The notes under the pieces were generated by a model. It saw only the letters and a list, made by a program, of their open reading frames with translations. It did no database searches and was not told the DNA's origin. A stretch of 64,000 nucleotides of DNA from NCBI GenBank assembly GCA_945871035.1, contig CAMBUD010000005.1, positions 2,743 to 66,742 on the forward strand. Reading direction: 5' to 3'. Position 1 is the stretch's first letter; each line of letters starts with the position of its first letter. Origin of the DNA: Planctomicrobium piriforme (GTDB taxonomy: Bacteria > Planctomycetota > Planctomycetia > Pirellulales > UBA1268). The translations under genes were made by a program, and so were the position numbers. This document shows positions 60,688 through 64,000 of this stretch, piece after piece.

Positions 60688-60999
60688 TCACTTCGTTGAG
60701 CAGATGAACAACGCGTAAAAAGTGAAGCCCTCGATGAGGGCGGCGGCGATGATCATTGCCGTTTGCACACTGCCGGCAACTTCCGGCTGGCGAGCCATGC
60801 TTTCGTAGGCGGAGGCAGCCAGCTTGCCGATGCCAAATGCGGCTCCAACAACGGTTAGGCCCACGCCAAACGCGGGAAGATTGATCAACGGGCTTGCTGC
60901 AGCAGCCTCCTGCGCACTGGCGCTATCGGCACAGAGAAATGTTACGAGCACAGCAGCAAGGGTGGAGAGCGTACGAACTGAGAAAAAGGATCGCATCAT
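60688..60999 (-). CDS. atpE: ATP synthase Fo c subunit with N-terminal signal-like extension
   Basis: GVGLTVVGAAFGIG, ARQPE loop, AALIEG (ion-binding Glu); AAGGAG RBS. Confidence 0.96.
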   Translation of the reverse strand: MMRSFFSVRTLSTLAAVLVTFLCADSASAQEAAAASPLINLPAFGVGLTVVGAAFGIGKLAASAYESMARQPEVAGSVQTAMIIAAALIEGFTFYALFICSTK

Positions 61000-61208
61000 G
61001 ACGGGATCAAGCTCCTTACAAAATGGGGAATCAAGCGTGCGCTTGGGGGTGGGGAAAATGATGACATGCAAACAATGTGGAAAACAAATTAATCTGCAGG
61101 TGTTTTACAGAACTTCTGACGATTTTGAAGGGTGTCTGCCTAAAGCCGAGATTTTGGCTATTTCGCCAATGAACAATCGCAGCCACCGAGGTTGTTTTAT
61201 TCTAGATG

Positions 61209-62180
61209 TTAGTGGTGATGAATGGATGAACCAATAAAAAGAGCCGACAGGAATGTGAAAATATAGGCCTGCAAACAGGCTACAAACAGTTCTAGGATAC
61301 TGAACAGAGTGGCGCTGACAACGCTAATGGAGGCCACCGTGGCCCACATTCCTGTCGAAGCGTTAGCAGCGGCCGTGATCAGTCCCAGGATACCCAGCAG
61401 CACTAAATGCCCAGCTACCATGTTGGCCAACAGTCGCACTGCCAAAATCAGATGCTTAATGCACAGGCCCAGAATTTCAACGGCGAATATCAGGAACTTG
61501 ATCGGGCTCATATAGATCGGCAAATCCATAGCCGGCACTTGGTTCAAGAAGAATCCGAGCACCCCAAACTTCCACATGCCTCCCACCAACACTGATGCAA
61601 AGGTGATGCCTGCTAGGGCCAGAGTCACGGAAAATGAAGCGGTAGGCGAACCGGCCCACGGCACCAAACCGCACAGATTGCAACCGAGGATGAAAAAAAA
61701 GAGTGTCCATAAAAGCGGCACGAACGCATCGCCTTCGTGGTGCACTTTACCATGCTCACCTGCATGCGCGTGCGGATCGTCGATGGCCGGCCGAGCGATC
61801 GTGTCTCGCACAAATAAAAGCATTGTTTCCAGCAAGTTTACCAACCGTCCGCGAGGCGCTGCCCCCGACCGAAGCTTCGTGGCCAGCCAAGTGAAGAGCA
61901 CAAGCATGACCGCAGCCACCACTAACTGCAGAATCATATATTTTGAGATCCCAAACCCTGATTTCACTGCGTACAGGCTGTCGAGTTCTGCAAACGGTTG
62001 CGGGATCAATATCTTCCCGTCTAAAGCCTGATTGAAAACCTGCACATCAGCGATCTCTGGATGCCCCTGCCGCAAAAACGGCGGCACATCCTCGAGCGTT
62101 TGATAGCCCTGCCGCCACAGTGCCTTTGGCACTTCAAAGAAGTAGCAATCCTTCAGGTGGTAGATCGGGTTGGCCGACAT
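61209..62180 (-). CDS. atpB: ATP synthase Fo a subunit
   Basis: NLCGLVP, LAVRLLANMVAGH (essential Arg), ELFVACLQAYIF. Confidence 0.96.
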   Translation of the reverse strand: MSANPIYHLKDCYFFEVPKALWRQGYQTLEDVPPFLRQGHPEIADVQVFNQALDGKILIPQPFAELDSLYAVKSGFGISKYMILQLVVAAVMLVLFTWLATKLRSGAAPRGRLVNLLETMLLFVRDTIARPAIDDPHAHAGEHGKVHHEGDAFVPLLWTLFFFILGCNLCGLVPWAGSPTASFSVTLALAGITFASVLVGGMWKFGVLGFFLNQVPAMDLPIYMSPIKFLIFAVEILGLCIKHLILAVRLLANMVAGHLVLLGILGLITAAANASTGMWATVASISVVSATLFSILELFVACLQAYIFTFLSALFIGSSIHHH

Positions 62181-62196
62181 GCAAATTATTCCTCAG

Positions 62197-62256
62197 TTAT
62201 TGCGAAGCTATGAATTTTATTGCGGGACTATGAATTTTATTGCGGGACTATGAATT
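62197..62256. repeat. Three 20-bp tandem repeats TTATTGCGGGACTATGAATT
   Basis: TTATTGCGAAGCTATGAATT plus two perfect copies of TTATTGCGGGACTATGAATT; spans the upstream stop codon and abuts the atpB RBS. Confidence 0.92.
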
Positions 62257-62751
62257 TGAGATAGTTGTAACAGAGTGCGACCGATTCGAGGCAGCGGCCG
62301 CTGGCAAAGCTGGACAGAATTTTCCCACTATGATGTGCAAGAATATGTCGGTGGCAAGCAGGAGCAGATAAAATGCGGCCAGTAGGCCTCCAGTGCCTGC
62401 GGTTCGTAACATTTCGCCTCCTGTGTTCAGCCACACCAGCGCCACTAAGGGGAGAAGAATTCGCAGCGACACGCCTGCTATCGCCCCTGCCACAGCCATC
62501 TTGTTTTCAGCAGAAAAAGCACGTGTTATCAGCCAGCCTCCCAGTGAACTCACCAAACACACGCCCGCCGCAAAGCCGACTGCTGCATTCCAATTGGGAC
62601 GATCACTGCCCATCGCCAGCGACCCAACAGTCGCAACTGCTAACACAGCCACGAGCACGGTGGCTCCCAAGAGCGTGGTGCATAAACGTGTCGATGTGAA
62701 TGGAAATCTGGTCATAATGACTGCTTGTAAAATGCCGTGAAATTGAGGCAT
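62248..62751 (-). CDS. ATP synthase accessory membrane protein (AtpI-like, ~4 TM)
   Basis: Four hydrophobic helices with SLRILLP; lies immediately upstream of atpB. Confidence 0.65.
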   Translation of the reverse strand: MPQFHGILQAVIMTRFPFTSTRLCTTLLGATVLVAVLAVATVGSLAMGSDRPNWNAAVGFAAGVCLVSSLGGWLITRAFSAENKMAVAGAIAGVSLRILLPLVALVWLNTGGEMLRTAGTGGLLAAFYLLLLATDIFLHIIVGKFCPALPAAAASNRSHSVTTISNS

Positions 62752-62757
62752 CGTCCT

Positions 62758-62985
62758 TTAACGCTGAGAATGATTACGAGACTTTCCACCAATTTGAACC
62801 AGCCAAATGAGGGACAGCGTTAATCCCAGCACAAATCCCACTGGCCCCAAGAATTGAACGCTGCAGCGTTTGTCGAGCCAGCTGCCGAAAAGCCCTGGCA
62901 AAAACATCGTCAGCCCGATGGCCATGATACGAGAAGCCCACGCAAGGGCATCGCCAATCGGTGAATCATTTTTTTTATCAAGCAT
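62758..62985 (-). CDS. AtpZ/AtpI (ATPase gene 1) family small membrane protein
   Basis: GLFGSWLDKR followed by a hydrophobic helix (G.WLD signature); first gene of the atp operon. Confidence 0.8.
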   Translation of the reverse strand: MLDKKNDSPIGDALAWASRIMAIGLTMFLPGLFGSWLDKRCSVQFLGPVGFVLGLTLSLIWLVQIGGKSRNHSQR

Positions 62986-63167
62986 GTCGAGAGTTTATTG
63001 CAAAGGCTGGCTTTTTCCATCAGCAGGGCTAATAGTCGAGTGCCTACGTCACAACCGTCGAGCCGCTATTGTTTGGCTGTACCATTTTTTTAGGCAGCCG
63101 TTCTGCTGTCGAACGACACCCATAACGGTAGCAGATTTATTTTTACTTCGGCGAATGCCTTTAACAC

Positions 63168-64000
63168 ATGCCCTCCCGCAAGCATCAAAGCCGTCGTGGC
63201 CGTCGCCCTTCACACCGTCAATCGCTGCCGGTTGATGCTGCTGTTTTGACAGCGGTTGGTTGCTCTAGCATGCGCATGATCGCCTGCAATGGCGAGACGT
63301 GCGTAGAATCAACCGTCGCAACATTCGAGGAGCTAACGGCTGCTCACAAGCACTGGCCTGTGATTTGGATCGATATCGAGGGGCTGCAGAATAGAGCACT
63401 CATCGAAATGATAGGGCACGCGTTCGACATCAGCGCGTTAGCTCTCGAGGATGCTGTCACTCCAGATGAACGCCCGAAGGTAGAAGTGTTTGGTCATCAG
63501 GTGTTAGTTGCGGCACGCATGGCACGCTTTGAAGGCGATGCCATCTTGACCGATCCTGTCGGGATCTTTCTTGGTGATCGCTACATCCTGACGTTCCGCG
63601 AGAGACTTGCGCACGATGGATTTGGTGCCGTGCGGGATCACCTTCGCAATGGCCGCACCCAGATCGGACGAACGGGGGCCGATGCGCTTTGCGCTCTTCT
63701 GCTCGATACCGTTATTGACAGCTATTTTCCTGTCCTAGAGCAGTTTGGGGATCGACTTGAGACACTTGAAGATGAGGCCATTGACCATCCTACGCGGGAT
63801 TCGCTGGCACGCATTCACGATGTGCGCACAGACCTCATGACACTCCGACGGGCTCTCTGGCCTACACGCGATCTCCTCCACGTACTGGGCCGCGAACTGA
63901 CCCCGCTCATAAGCGATCAATCGCGGGCTCATTTTCGCGATTGCTACGACCACACAATGGAACTTCTCGACTTGATGGAATCGTACCGCGAGATTGGCAG
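63168..64000 (+). CDS. corA: Magnesium/cobalt transporter CorA (partial, runs off window end)
   Basis: Manual translation (absent from the ORF track): WIDIEG, LALEDAV...RPKVE, LLDTVIDSYFPVLE, LRRALWPTRD, FRDCYDH. Confidence 0.92.
   Translation, partial: MPSRKHQSRRGRRPSHRQSLPVDAAVLTAVGCSSMRMIACNGETCVESTVATFEELTAAHKHWPVIWIDIEGLQNRALIEMIGHAFDISALALEDAVTPDERPKVEVFGHQVLVAARMARFEGDAILTDPVGIFLGDRYILTFRERLAHDGFGAVRDHLRNGRTQIGRTGADALCALLLDTVIDSYFPVLEQFGDRLETLEDEAIDHPTRDSLARIHDVRTDLMTLRRALWPTRDLLHVLGRELTPLISDQSRAHFRDCYDHTMELLDLMESYREIG

Noticed and set aside
62197-62256. 20-bp repeats as CRISPR or replication iterons
   Set aside because: No spacers and no rep or cas gene; located inside the atp operon.

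Overview
A gene-dense, moderately GC-rich bacterial chromosome segment. It is almost certainly from Planctomycetota (Pirellulales-like); this is inferred from a TIGR03000-type protein, a DUF11 lipoprotein, the AroD-AroE fusion, an exported sulfatase and the style of the ATP synthase. It is mostly core genome: clpX, deoC, pdxA, accA, truA, asd, pcm, a CzcAB-type RND pair, leuA, purC, aroC, a desaturase, rpsO-pnp, a sigma-54 two-component pair, mutL, aroDE, aroK, a prepilin peptidase, hisH, hisA, cysE, a complete F1Fo atp operon and a partial corA. I saw no rRNA, tRNA, CRISPR array, transposase, integrase or phage genes. The best leads are: (1) a split HTTM/vitamin-K-carboxylase-like pair (SdpA-like + SdpB-like) at the head of the asd-truA-kinase gene run, next to a secreted Gly/Ser-repeat TIGR03000 protein and an apparently exported isoaspartyl methyltransferase, which may form an extracytoplasmic protein-modification system; (2) an operon of two paralogous uncharacterised envelope proteins, a DUF11 lipoprotein and a thiol oxidoreductase, divergent from a LolA-like gene; (3) unannotated structured RNAs: a ~165-nt 6S-like or riboswitch candidate at ~13.5 kb and a three-way-junction rpsO leader. 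All family assignments come from motif recognition by eye, not database searches.
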